DNA of 64,000 nucleotides, taken from the NCBI GenBank assembly GCA_964633995.1, contig CAZWKN010000003.1, positions 5,750 through 69,749 of the forward strand, in the 5' to 3' direction. Every line of letters begins with the position of its first letter. The first letter of the stretch is position 1. Shown here in pieces: positions 50,593 to 61,823 of the stretch. The position numbers and the translations under genes were made by a program. The notes under the pieces are model-generated. The model was not told the DNA's origin and did no database searches. It worked only from the letters and a program-made list of their open reading frames with translations. Source of the stretch: an uncultured Gammaproteobacteria bacterium (lineage in GTDB: Bacteria; Patescibacteriota; Microgenomatia; CAZETR01; Amesbacteraceae).

Positions 50593-51488
50593 AAAACTTA
50601 ACTTTGTATGCGGCGTTGCTATTTACAGGTAATCTATACACATCTGAAATTTGGGTTAGGGATTTTTGGGTAGTAACCAGGGGAATTGCGGCATTTACAA
50701 TGGTGGCGTCGGCAATTTATTTTTTGAACGACTTGGTGGATACCAAAGCCGACCTTGCACATCCATTTAAAAAGAAAAGGCCCATTGCCTCGGGGCAAAT
50801 TTCCTCCTTAGTGGCAAAAATTGCAATTGTGTTATTGCTAACGGTTGGCTTATGGTGGGCGAAGACACTAAGCCCTCTATTTGGATTAGCAGTGTTGGGG
50901 TATGTAACGATGCAGGTTCTATATAGTTTTTGGTTGAAAAATATTGAGGTCGTGGATGTATTTATCATTGCCTTGGGCTTTTTTCTAAGGGTGGTGGCAG
51001 GAGCTTTAATTATTAATGCCCATTTATCTATCTGGTTTTTACTGTGTGTAGTTTCGACATCCCTGTTTCTTGCAGTGGGCAAACGAAGGGCTGAGCTGTC
51101 AATATTGTCAGAACAAATTGACGCAATAAAACATCGTAAGGTTATGGGGAAATATAGTGTGGGAATATTGGATTCATACTTAACAATGTTTGCCACGGCC
51201 GCATTTTTGTCCTGGGCATTGTTTACGTTTAATTTTTACGACCAGGCTGGACCAATAAACACACCCACTAGTCTTGTGCTTATATCCAGGACGCTAACCA
51301 TAAACAAGTGGCTGATGGCAACAATTCCGGTAGTGATATTTGGGATTATGAGATACATACGGATTATCTATGATGGGTCGAGGGCAGAAAGCCCGGAAAG
51401 AGTGATTTTAAGCGACTTACCTCTTTTGTTGAGTGTGGGGGTATGGGGAATTATTGTAATAGTGGTCCTGTACGCTGGTCAAGGATAA
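50538..51488 (+). CDS. UbiA-family decaprenyl-phosphate phosphoribosyltransferase-like
   Basis: RPRQWVKN, ND..D...D..HP.K..RPIASG, KRRAE. Confidence 0.9.
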   Translation: MVKKLVGLLKTARPRQWVKNLTLYAALLFTGNLYTSEIWVRDFWVVTRGIAAFTMVASAIYFLNDLVDTKADLAHPFKKKRPIASGQISSLVAKIAIVLLLTVGLWWAKTLSPLFGLAVLGYVTMQVLYSFWLKNIEVVDVFIIALGFFLRVVAGALIINAHLSIWFLLCVVSTSLFLAVGKRRAELSILSEQIDAIKHRKVMGKYSVGILDSYLTMFATAAFLSWALFTFNFYDQAGPINTPTSLVLISRTLTINKWLMATIPVVIFGIMRYIRIIYDGSRAESPERVILSDLPLLLSVGVWGIIVIVVLYAGQG

Positions 51489-52324
51489 AGAGTGGCATAG
51501 GTTTTTGATATCCACCCCGAAGAAGTAGCTTCTAACTCAGCTTGAATTAAATACCAATCGTCTTGCTGGGATAGGAAAGGATATAGTTCTTTCGGTTTGA
51601 GGCTTCCAATTTTGTCACCAGACGGTGACGGTTTGGATCTAACATTTAGAAAGCCTGTTGGAGTGTCTTTGATAATCACATACGGCCTGACTGGTGTTGG
51701 ACTGGGGGCGGTGGTCGTATTGGCAAGCACTGGAGTTGGCTCTACTGGACCCCCAGATAGTTTAACCAGGAGGTTTAATTTGTATCCATCTATCGCTTTT
51801 ATGTTGATAGTCCGACTAGCAAAGCCGGGGGCTGTAAAAGTAACTTGATGATCACCCGCAGGTACGGTGGCCAAAAGTGGGGTAAATCCCTGGGGTTGAC
51901 CGTCTAAGACGACTGAGGCAAGCTCTGATCCGGCTGAAACGGCGGTGATACTGGCAGCCTTGCCGGGCTGAGGCTGGAGACTAACAATGTCGCCAGAAGA
52001 TTCGGCTTCGGAGCCCGCAAAATCTCTTCTGACGATGGTAAACGTCTGGTCGGTTAACCTAACTTTGGTTTGATAGGCTGTTAAGGCAGATGAGGATGAG
52101 TTTGGAATTAGTTTTAATAAAATTTCTCCTGGGGGAAAAATTTTGTCTATGGGAGTTGAACCAATTTGAATATTATCTACAAACACCAAGGATTCGGGGT
52201 TGGTTTCAATTTTTAATCCGGCCGTCGACTTGCGTGATTTTACAACCCCAATAAGTACAAATCCTACTACAACTCCAAATCCTGCAAAAATCATAGTAAG
52301 GGCAAACAATTTTTTGTTGGGCAC
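51479..52324 (-). CDS. PEGA-domain protein with C-terminal SH3-like domain
   Basis: Two G.TP PEGA repeats; LNVR..P...GWIS; start proposed at GTG 52324. Confidence 0.8.
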   Translation of the reverse strand: MPNKKLFALTMIFAGFGVVVGFVLIGVVKSRKSTAGLKIETNPESLVFVDNIQIGSTPIDKIFPPGEILLKLIPNSSSSALTAYQTKVRLTDQTFTIVRRDFAGSEAESSGDIVSLQPQPGKAASITAVSAGSELASVVLDGQPQGFTPLLATVPAGDHQVTFTAPGFASRTINIKAIDGYKLNLLVKLSGGPVEPTPVLANTTTAPSPTPVRPYVIIKDTPTGFLNVRSKPSPSGDKIGSLKPKELYPFLSQQDDWYLIQAELEATSSGWISKTYATLYP

Positions 52325-52364
52325 GAGCAGAAGTATACACAATTAGGCTATAATTGGCTACGCT

Positions 52365-52437
52365 GATCCGGTGGTGAAGTAGCTAACACAGCGGTCTGCA
52401 AAACCGCCATTCATGGGTGCAAGTCCCATCCGGATCT
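52365..52437 (+). tRNA. tRNA-Cys(GCA)
   Basis: Acceptor GATCCGG/CCGGATC, anticodon arm GCGGT-CTGCAAA-ACCGC, T arm ATGGG/CCCAT, U73; CCA not encoded. Confidence 0.95.
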
Positions 52438-52471
52438 CATTTTTACAGATTCGCATTTTCTTCGGTTTGAG

Positions 52472-52500
52472 TTGACTTTTGGGGATTTTTGGATTATACT
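52472..52500 (+). promoter_or_regulatory. Sigma70-type promoter
   Basis: TTGACT-N17-TATACT. Confidence 0.75.
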
Positions 52501-52539
52501 GCAAGGCAGTTCTGCGCGATTATCGAGCAGGATTTTTTT

Positions 52540-53220
52540 ATGCTAAAAGACTGGAAAAGCATGGTCTTGGCAAAAGCAGAGGTGTGGTTGTCGCGGCACC
52601 AGACTCCCCTGCTGTTAAAGGAATTGGGATGGAATGGAATCAGGTTTGTAATAAAGTGTGGCAAAAGCAACCCAATTAGCTTTGCACTGCGCCCCCTGGC
52701 TTTAAATAAGCACTTAAGGGCTGTAATAGGCTTTAATTTGGTAGTTTTGGTCCTGGCCGTGGCGTTGTGGAGCCCAACACCGCTTTTGGCTGAAAATACC
52801 GGTGGAGTGGAAACCTTGGCGATTGCGACTGGCGGAGAGATAAAAATGAGCACGCTTCAAGCTATAAAAATGCCGTTGACCAACTACACTATGTCTCAAA
52901 AGTTTTGGCTACTGCATTCTGGAATAGACATGGCCGCTGTGGTGGGTGAACCAATACACCCAATTTCAGACGGCAAGGTGGTATTTGTAGAAAAGGGATG
53001 GTTTGGATATGGAAATCACGTGATAGTTAGACATAGTGCGGATTACGAATCGTTGTATGCCCACATGTCTAAAGTGCTTGTAAAAGAGGGACAAGAGGTT
53101 AACACTAATACAATACTTGGCGAAGTGGGATCTACTGGTCACTCAACAGGGCCTCATTTGCATCTGGAAATCCGTCAAAATGGTCAAGTAATCAATCCCG
53201 CCCCTATTTTGGGTATTTAA
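52540..53220 (+). CDS. M23-family metallopeptidase, membrane-anchored
   Basis: HSGID, YAHM, GSTGHSTGPHLHLE; start moved to 52540. Confidence 0.93.
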   Translation: MLKDWKSMVLAKAEVWLSRHQTPLLLKELGWNGIRFVIKCGKSNPISFALRPLALNKHLRAVIGFNLVVLVLAVALWSPTPLLAENTGGVETLAIATGGEIKMSTLQAIKMPLTNYTMSQKFWLLHSGIDMAAVVGEPIHPISDGKVVFVEKGWFGYGNHVIVRHSADYESLYAHMSKVLVKEGQEVNTNTILGEVGSTGHSTGPHLHLEIRQNGQVINPAPILGI

Positions 53221-53770
53221 TAAGTTCTTTTAGTTTGTTCTCTACCTGTTCTGCGTCTTGATCGTTTGTTATTTCATAAAAATAATCCGCCTCATCAGGA
53301 GCGGCATCTTCAAAAAAGCTATGCTGGCGCGTTAATTCTTCTGCGAAATTGCGGGTGTGCAGCACTGACGTAGATCTGTTGGTACTTTGAATTCTGTTTT
53401 CAAGAACGCTTATAGGTAGATTGAAAAATATCAGGATGAATATTGCGTCGTGTTTTTTTGCAATATCTTTTTGTTGGCGACGAATTTCTCTTCTGGAATG
53501 ACTGGCTGTCAAAATTGTGTTATAGCCATTCCTGAGACTATAATCGTATATCAGCTGAGGAATAAGTAGTCTTAGGTCTGGATTGGTCGGTGTTCGACTG
53601 GAAAGAATGTCGGAGTCGTTGTGAATTTCATGAAATTCCTTATTTAGAAACCCGGCAACAACGTCGTGGTCAATAAGAACTGTCTTTGGAAGAAGGGGTA
53701 GTAGTTTTTTACCGAAGGTTGTCTTTCCAGAGTGAGTTTTGCCACACATGGCAATCACGATTTTACTCAT
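53204..53770 (-). CDS. P-loop kinase (AAA_33-like)
   Basis: GKTHSGKTT Walker A; start moved to 53770. Confidence 0.8.
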   Translation of the reverse strand: MSKIVIAMCGKTHSGKTTFGKKLLPLLPKTVLIDHDVVAGFLNKEFHEIHNDSDILSSRTPTNPDLRLLIPQLIYDYSLRNGYNTILTASHSRREIRRQQKDIAKKHDAIFILIFFNLPISVLENRIQSTNRSTSVLHTRNFAEELTRQHSFFEDAAPDEADYFYEITNDQDAEQVENKLKELIKYPK

Positions 53771-53780
53771 ACAAGAAAGG

Positions 53781-55738
<1,958 letters not shown>

Positions 55739-55765
55739 AGTTTGCTAGGAGATTATATACCAAAT

Positions 55766-56194
55766 TCAAACAACTTGTGTCAAGAGGTCTCTTTGGCCTA
55801 AATGAATCTTCTCTAGGGCCTCCGGAAGCAAAAACCAACCTGCCCGGTCGATTTCTGGATACTCTTTGTTTCCCAATCTGAAGAAATTACTTTTTAGTTT
55901 GTTGGGGTCAAAATCGCCTTCATGGGCCCAAGCGTAAATAGTTTTTTTGGATTTGAGGATTTGAGGAACAAGGGGGGTGAACTCACCAGATAATTCTAAA
56001 CCTGTTTCCTCAAAGAACTCACGCTTGGCTGCTGTTAATGGCTCTTCGGGATACGAAAACTCGCCTTTGGGAATGGACCAACTTCCTAAATCTTTTTTGG
56101 CCCAGAATGGGCCGCCCGGATGAACTAACAAAAATTCAAGCTGTGGGCGCCTTCGATACAAGAGAATTCCCGCGCTTTGGATGGAAGAAGGCAT
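55766..56194 (-). CDS. NUDIX hydrolase
   Basis: VHPGGPFW, PKG...AAKREFFEETG Nudix box. Confidence 0.92.
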   Translation of the reverse strand: MPSSIQSAGILLYRRRPQLEFLLVHPGGPFWAKKDLGSWSIPKGEFSYPEEPLTAAKREFFEETGLELSGEFTPLVPQILKSKKTIYAWAHEGDFDPNKLKSNFFRLGNKEYPEIDRAGWFLLPEALEKIHLGQRDLLTQVV

Positions 56195-56975
56195 AGCCTA
56201 ATGATACACGTTCGGTGGTCATGCTGGGGAGCATGTAGAGATACTGCAGCCAGAATAATAATAAATTCACTGGGTAAAGAAAATTGCTTATTGCATATTT
56301 CTTATTGCATATAAGTTTCTTTGAGATTTTTTTAAGAGATTCGCGATAAGCAATAGGTAAGTAGTTTTTAACCCAGGAATTGGACTCTAGAAATCGACGA
56401 TGAACTCCACTGCGATCGAAGATACATTTGGCTTGCAAAATTTCGTGCGCGGTATATAAATTTTTATTATTTATTTTCAAATTGTTAGTATCTAAATATA
56501 AATTGTCGCAAATTTTGTCACTGACTTTGGGTGACGAATGTTCGGGTAGTTGTTTGGGGCGACGTGATTTGTTTAACAAAACAATCACCAGCAGCCTGGT
56601 CAGCCAAAGGGTGTTGGGCGATGTAATAATCATAAAATCAATGTCGTCATGCTTTGGAGAGTTGTCCATAGAGAGTGCTCCGGTAACAAAAATTGCTTCT
56701 ATGGTGGGAATCTTTTTTAATAACGATGCCGTTTTTTGAGCGATGACCCACTTGGTTTTACTAAATTGGGTGTTGGCTAGACGTAAGTCGACAATTTTTC
56801 TACGACCAGTGAGAAAGTAATAGCCACGATACGAAGAGTATCCGAGGCGGGACAACCCAGAGGCAATCTGTATCTTTGACTTGCACGACCTGATCTGCCA
56901 AAACCAAAGTTCGTCAAGATTGAGAGGAAAATTAAACGTGTCCGAGTAATTAAGGGGCGATTGCACTGAGGCCAT
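56136..56975 (-). CDS. Nucleotidyltransferase-fold hypothetical protein
   Basis: VTGALS......DDID (G-S/A..DxD); start uncertain. Confidence 0.7.
   Translation of the reverse strand: MASVQSPLNYSDTFNFPLNLDELWFWQIRSCKSKIQIASGLSRLGYSSYRGYYFLTGRRKIVDLRLANTQFSKTKWVIAQKTASLLKKIPTIEAIFVTGALSMDNSPKHDDIDFMIITSPNTLWLTRLLVIVLLNKSRRPKQLPEHSSPKVSDKICDNLYLDTNNLKINNKNLYTAHEILQAKCIFDRSGVHRRFLESNSWVKNYLPIAYRESLKKISKKLICNKKYAISNFLYPVNLLLFWLQYLYMLPSMTTERVSLGYAFFHPKRGNSLVSKAPTA
56283..56310. repeat. Degenerate 7-mer tandem array
   Basis: attgctt attgcat atttctt attgcat. Confidence 0.7.
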
Positions 56976-58365
56976 ACTGAGATAATATCTGATTTATCTC
57001 AGAAACCAAGCTTTGTTCGACTGGATCATGATTTATGGCGTGGGCGAAGGCGGCTGATAGTCTGGTATTAAGACCACTTGGACCGTCTTGGGTTGCCGAG
57101 GCCATATACCAGCTTCTACCAAACGGAGCCTGAGACAGCACTACTGCCAAGACCGGGTTGGTCTTTGCCCCTTCGGCCATATCTACCCGACTAAAGGGTT
57201 CCCCAAAGTCTCTCCCTAACGAAACTTCAGAATCAAACATTTTCTGAAGTGATGTCTGTGAAGATAAAAACTTGAGAAAATCTAGGGCCTCCTCTGAATG
57301 TGAGCTCTTTTTATTGACGCCTTCTACCCAAAAACTAGCCCAGGTGACGGGTTTTTCTTGTCGATCCGGATCAAGCGGGAGCTGAGGAAGAGGGTAAACT
57401 GAAAATTTAAGATTGGGATTTAGGGATTTTATATCAAACACTCTCCATGATGGACCAAAATAAATTCCCACCTTGCCTGCTGCGAATTGATTAGTAGAGG
57501 AAGGTAGGGTGGAATCCCAAACACCAAAATAACGAGAAAAGTTGGAATAGTATTCAATTGCATCATCGGCAGATTTTCCGGAAGGAGCTGCTAAGTTGAC
57601 GTTGTTTTGCAGCATGAGAATAGAAATAATATCTTGCCAATGATCAACGTTGTTTGTGGTCCCCAAAGCCGCGCCAGAAACTAATATTCGAGAACCCGGT
57701 CTACACCCGCCATCGGTAGTATCACACCGGGAAATGGCTAAGGCGGTATTTTTTAAGTCTTCCCAATTTTGCGGCGCCGGGAGGCCTGCTGACTGCAAAA
57801 GGCTGTCGTTGACAAACATTACCAGTCCGTCATACATAAGAGGAACTGCAACATAATTATTTCCAACTCTTAGGGTGTCCTTAACGGCTGGATAAAACGT
57901 GGATTCAAAAACTCCGGCATCAAAAACTTTAGGAGGAAGAGGGGCTAGGTCGCCTTTAAACATGGGTGTCCAAGAGTTGTGGAGACGAAAAATGTCTGGT
58001 CCGTTGCCTTGGCCAAAGGCCGATTGAAGTCTTTCCCTGTATTCTGTAAGAAGTTGTTGTTTGTAAACAATTTTTATTTTTGGGTGAGTAGATTGGTACT
58101 CATCTATTAGAGGTTTCATCACCGATTCCGGCTCCCAAAGCCCCCAATAGGTTAGGGTTACGGCTTGGTTTTTACCAAGTGATTTAAACAAGAAACTGGC
58201 GGCGAAAACTATACCAAACAACAAAAAGATCCCCAATACGATAAAGATAAGTTGTTTGGGTAACTTGGACTTTGACTGAATAACGTTGACCGGAGCCGGG
58301 GAAGGCGCTTGCGCTACCGGTGCCGGAGGGGGTGGGGGTGGTGGTTGTGATGTAGGAATATCCAT
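56950..58365 (-). CDS. Sugar-type extracellular solute-binding protein, TM-anchored
   Basis: LTYWG, GPDIF, VPL..D.L..FVN, P..WEDL. Confidence 0.88.
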   Translation of the reverse strand: MDIPTSQPPPPPPPAPVAQAPSPAPVNVIQSKSKLPKQLIFIVLGIFLLFGIVFAASFLFKSLGKNQAVTLTYWGLWEPESVMKPLIDEYQSTHPKIKIVYKQQLLTEYRERLQSAFGQGNGPDIFRLHNSWTPMFKGDLAPLPPKVFDAGVFESTFYPAVKDTLRVGNNYVAVPLMYDGLVMFVNDSLLQSAGLPAPQNWEDLKNTALAISRCDTTDGGCRPGSRILVSGAALGTTNNVDHWQDIISILMLQNNVNLAAPSGKSADDAIEYYSNFSRYFGVWDSTLPSSTNQFAAGKVGIYFGPSWRVFDIKSLNPNLKFSVYPLPQLPLDPDRQEKPVTWASFWVEGVNKKSSHSEEALDFLKFLSSQTSLQKMFDSEVSLGRDFGEPFSRVDMAEGAKTNPVLAVVLSQAPFGRSWYMASATQDGPSGLNTRLSAAFAHAINHDPVEQSLVSEINQILSQYGLSAIAP

Positions 58366-58421
58366 CTGGTGTTAAGTATATATTCCCCACTTTAGAATGT
58401 AAATCAATATATAATTGGCGT

Positions 58422-60173
58422 ATGAACAAAAGATTGTTGGGCTTTGTAGTTGTGGTTGTGGGAGGGCTTTTGGGCGGAGTAATGATAGTAAGTATCGTCC
58501 TGGAGGCCTGGTTATGGGGGAGGGTTTACCCTAATGTCGTTGTCTCCAACATTGACGTGGGGGGGCTGACTAAGGATGAAGCAGTAAAAAAAATTCAAAG
58601 TCAGAGCGAAACCCGAGGCAATTTTGTCATGAGTTGGGGAACCAGCCAGTGGCTGATTGACCCTAAAGCGATTGGGCTGGAGTATTACCCGGCATTGACC
58701 GCCGAAGAGGCGCTTCGCGTGGGCAGGAGCGGAAATGTTGGTGCTGATGTTAATGTAAAATTTCAACTTGCGCGTAAAAAAATTGTTGTCGATCCAGTAT
58801 TTTCGCTTGACGAAAACAAACTAAACGAAGAGTTGTTGGCTATAACGAGTCAAATAAATATTCCGGCAGCGGAGCCCGAAATTAAAATTGCTTCGGATGA
58901 AAGAATTGCGGTGTCTCCAGGTGAGAACGGTCAGGCTGTAGACGAAACACTGCTAAAGCAGCGTATCAGAAGTATGGCTAAAACATTTACTTTGAAAAAT
59001 ATTGAAGTGCCCGTTTTACAATTACGACCGAAGCTATCGGAGTTGCAAATTACCGACGCGAGAGGCAGGGCACAACGCTTGGTTGGTAAGAAACTTACCA
59101 TTACTGCACAAGCGGCTACAAAAGAGTGGGTTGTAACTCCTGATTTATTGGTGAGCTGGATTAATGCTCAAAATTTAGGCTGGAAAACTGAAGAAATTGA
59201 ATCATGGCTGGCTGGGCTTTCGGAAACAATCGACAAACCTGCTCAAAATGCAAGTTTTAGATTTGTCACATCAGGTAAGGTTGAGGAGTTTAAGCCGGCT
59301 AAAAACGGATTTAGGGTAATTCAAAACACCTCTTTGAACCATCTGGTGTCGGTATTAAATACAATGGTCGACAAATCTGGCTCTGAATTTACCATGGATT
59401 TGGACATCGACATACTTCAACCAAACATCCAAACCGGAGACGTGAACAATCTTGGCATAAAGGAACTGCTTGCCCGGGGAGAGTCTTGGTTTAGTGGATC
59501 GATAGACAATAGAATATTTAACATTAGATTGGCAGCTGGAAGGCTAAATGGTATTTTGGTACCTCCTGGAGAAACTTTTTCCTTTAACAAATATCTCGGT
59601 GAGGTAACTGCGGCAACTGGATTTAAACAAGCATATGTAATTGATAAAGGCAAAACCGTGCTTGGAGATGGTGGCGGGGTGTGTCAGGTATCAAGCACTC
59701 TGTTTAGGGCGGTGCTTCGAGCTGGGCTACCTGTTGATGAACGAATAGCCCATGCCTACAGGGTACATTATTATGAAGAAAAGAGCGAGCCGGGGTTTGA
59801 CGCTACTGTGTTCTCCCCTACCCCAGACTTTAAATTTACCAACGACACTCCTGCTTATATTTTGATCCAAACAGAATTTAATGAGAAGGAAAAATTTTTG
59901 GCATTTGATTTGTATGGAACCAGTGACGGCAGAAAAGCTGAGGTGTCTAAAGCAAGGGTATGGGATGTGGCAGCGCCACCACCTGATTTGTATCAGGACG
60001 ATCCAGCTTTACTTGTAGGAGTAGTCAAACAAACAGAACATGCTACGTGGGGGGCGAAAGTGGCGTTTGATTGGAAAGTAACTAGAAACGGAGAGGTTGT
60101 TCAAGAACGGACATTTTTTTCCAACTACAAACCCTGGCAAGCGGTGTATTTGAGAGGAACTAAAGTAAACTAG
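58422..60173 (+). CDS. VanW-family protein with peptidoglycan-binding repeats
   Basis: GETFSFN, GGGVCQVSSTLF, DATV, DFKF.N. Confidence 0.93.
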   Translation: MNKRLLGFVVVVVGGLLGGVMIVSIVLEAWLWGRVYPNVVVSNIDVGGLTKDEAVKKIQSQSETRGNFVMSWGTSQWLIDPKAIGLEYYPALTAEEALRVGRSGNVGADVNVKFQLARKKIVVDPVFSLDENKLNEELLAITSQINIPAAEPEIKIASDERIAVSPGENGQAVDETLLKQRIRSMAKTFTLKNIEVPVLQLRPKLSELQITDARGRAQRLVGKKLTITAQAATKEWVVTPDLLVSWINAQNLGWKTEEIESWLAGLSETIDKPAQNASFRFVTSGKVEEFKPAKNGFRVIQNTSLNHLVSVLNTMVDKSGSEFTMDLDIDILQPNIQTGDVNNLGIKELLARGESWFSGSIDNRIFNIRLAAGRLNGILVPPGETFSFNKYLGEVTAATGFKQAYVIDKGKTVLGDGGGVCQVSSTLFRAVLRAGLPVDERIAHAYRVHYYEEKSEPGFDATVFSPTPDFKFTNDTPAYILIQTEFNEKEKFLAFDLYGTSDGRKAEVSKARVWDVAAPPPDLYQDDPALLVGVVKQTEHATWGAKVAFDWKVTRNGEVVQERTFFSNYKPWQAVYLRGTKVN

Positions 60174-60177
60174 TCGG

Positions 60178-60210
60178 TCAGTTTTCAGTTTCACAGTTGC
60201 TCAGTTGTAA
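60178..60210. repeat. Degenerate 7/8-mer array at convergent junction
   Basis: tcagttt tc agtttcac agttgctc agttgtaa. Confidence 0.7.
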
Positions 60211-60742
60211 ACTTGAAAGTGGAAAGAATCTTTTTTATTTCCAGCGTTAAACTGGTCACTTCGATTTTGTACTCCGAATCGTTTAAATAGCCTCGATAGA
60301 AATTTGGTTCAGTATTGGTTACAGATAGAGGGCCAAATTGTGTCATCGTTCCGTTGGGAAGTTCTTGTAATTGAGAGGGGGTGGAACATACAATAACAAT
60401 CGCTTGGCCAGAAACAACAGTGGAGGCTGGAATCATTAAATCACCTTGGAAATCAGGGCTTTTGATAAACGTGATGTTTCCAATATAAGGATCTGTGGAT
60501 TTTTCTTTTTTCCACCCTGAAGGAATTGATACATCAAAATTGCAATTTCTACTTGTAATCGGTGGACAGACTAAAATCGGATTACATGGGGCGCGGACAC
60601 ATTGGACCTGCTGGTAATAACAACCGGCTGTGGGGGTTGGAGAATATGGGTTGGGGGATGGAGGTCTGGAAAAAATAATTAAAAAGGTAGTTACAATAAT
60701 CAAAACTGAGGCAAGGAAAGAAACTGGGAGTGGTTTGGACAC
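60191..60742 (-). CDS. Membrane-anchored hypothetical protein with Cys-rich motif
   Basis: TM, CYYQQVQCVRAPCNPILVC, P.GW ... ILSTFKF (PsbP-like ends). Confidence 0.7.
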   Translation of the reverse strand: MSKPLPVSFLASVLIIVTTFLIIFSRPPSPNPYSPTPTAGCYYQQVQCVRAPCNPILVCPPITSRNCNFDVSIPSGWKKEKSTDPYIGNITFIKSPDFQGDLMIPASTVVSGQAIVIVCSTPSQLQELPNGTMTQFGPLSVTNTEPNFYRGYLNDSEYKIEVTSLTLEIKKILSTFKFTTEQL

Positions 60743-60763
60743 TAGATTTAGTATAATTGGTTA

Positions 60764-61786
60764 ATGAAGATTGTCAAGGAAAAGGGCGCCAACATGGCAG
60801 AAATTATACAAACGCTTACCGACGGTGGCATCGTTGTGTTGCCAACTGAAACAGCTTACTTAACCGCCATTGACGCCACAAACCCCAAAGCAGTACAGAA
60901 ATTGTGTGAGTATAAAAAACGGCCTTTGGGTAAACCTTTTTCGGTTGCAGTCTCCGATATGGCCATGGCCGAAGAATATGTAGAGCTAAACAAACAAGCA
61001 ATAAAACTGTATAACACTTTTTTGCCTGGACCAGTAACTGTTGTGTCAAAAGGGAAACACAAGACGGCACCCGGGATAGAGTCGGAGCTAGGTACTTTGG
61101 GAATAAGAATCCCTGATTATCAATTGGTTATTGACGTTGTTAAACAATTCGGAAAACCTGTGACGGCAACATCGGCTAATAAGAGCTATGAAAAGCGACC
61201 TTATAAAATCGCCGATCTGGATATTGAAAAGTTTGATTTAATAATCGATGCCGGAGAGCTCCCGCACAACGAACCGTCCACGGTTATTGACACCACAATG
61301 GACGATTTGGTGGTGCTAAGACAGGGGGAAGTAGTTATCAGTAATCAGTTGTCAGTTGTCAGTTATAACGAAGAAATGACTAAAAATACTGGGAAGGAAC
61401 TGTGGCAGAAGTACGAGAAGTTTGCAGGACACAGGGCTATTGTATTTGCTTTGGAGGGCGAAATGGGAGCCGGAAAAACTGTTTTTACAAAAGGATTGGC
61501 AAGGGCTATGGGAATAGACGAAGTGATAACTTCGCCTACTTTTAATATTGAGCTTGTATACAAAAACTTACATCATATTGATGCGTGGAGAATGCAAAAC
61601 GGAGACGAGCTGGAACAATTGGGGCTGGCTGGAACAATACACGACAAATCAGTCCTGGTTATCGAATGGGCAGATAGGGTGGCGGATACGATAAGAAAAT
61701 ATAACGACGAAGCAGTAATTATTTGGGTAAAAATACTCTATGGAAAAGCTGATAACGAGAGGTTAATTAGCTGGGGAACATTGTAA
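60764..61786 (+). CDS. Fused TsaC (YrdC/Sua5)-TsaE t6A biosynthesis protein
   Basis: PTETAY, K.RP..KP, GIRIP, TSAN, then GEMGAGKT, SPTF, HID.WR, IEWAD in one frame. Confidence 0.92.
   Translation: MKIVKEKGANMAEIIQTLTDGGIVVLPTETAYLTAIDATNPKAVQKLCEYKKRPLGKPFSVAVSDMAMAEEYVELNKQAIKLYNTFLPGPVTVVSKGKHKTAPGIESELGTLGIRIPDYQLVIDVVKQFGKPVTATSANKSYEKRPYKIADLDIEKFDLIIDAGELPHNEPSTVIDTTMDDLVVLRQGEVVISNQLSVVSYNEEMTKNTGKELWQKYEKFAGHRAIVFALEGEMGAGKTVFTKGLARAMGIDEVITSPTFNIELVYKNLHHIDAWRMQNGDELEQLGLAGTIHDKSVLVIEWADRVADTIRKYNDEAVIIWVKILYGKADNERLISWGTL
61333..61367. repeat. 7-mer tandem array at the TsaC/TsaE junction
   Basis: agttatc agtaatc agttgtc agttgtc agttata. Confidence 0.85.
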
Positions 61787-61820
61787 ATTTCTAATTTCTA
61801 AACCCTAATTCCTAAACAAT
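61786..61820. repeat. Intergenic 7-mer tandem array
   Basis: aatttct aatttct aaaccct aattcct aaacaat. Confidence 0.8.
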
Positions 61821-61823
61821 TAT

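Noticed and set aside
58422-60173. VanW (and FemABX) as antibiotic-resistance genes
   Set aside because: No vanHAX or mec context; these are widespread cell-wall families
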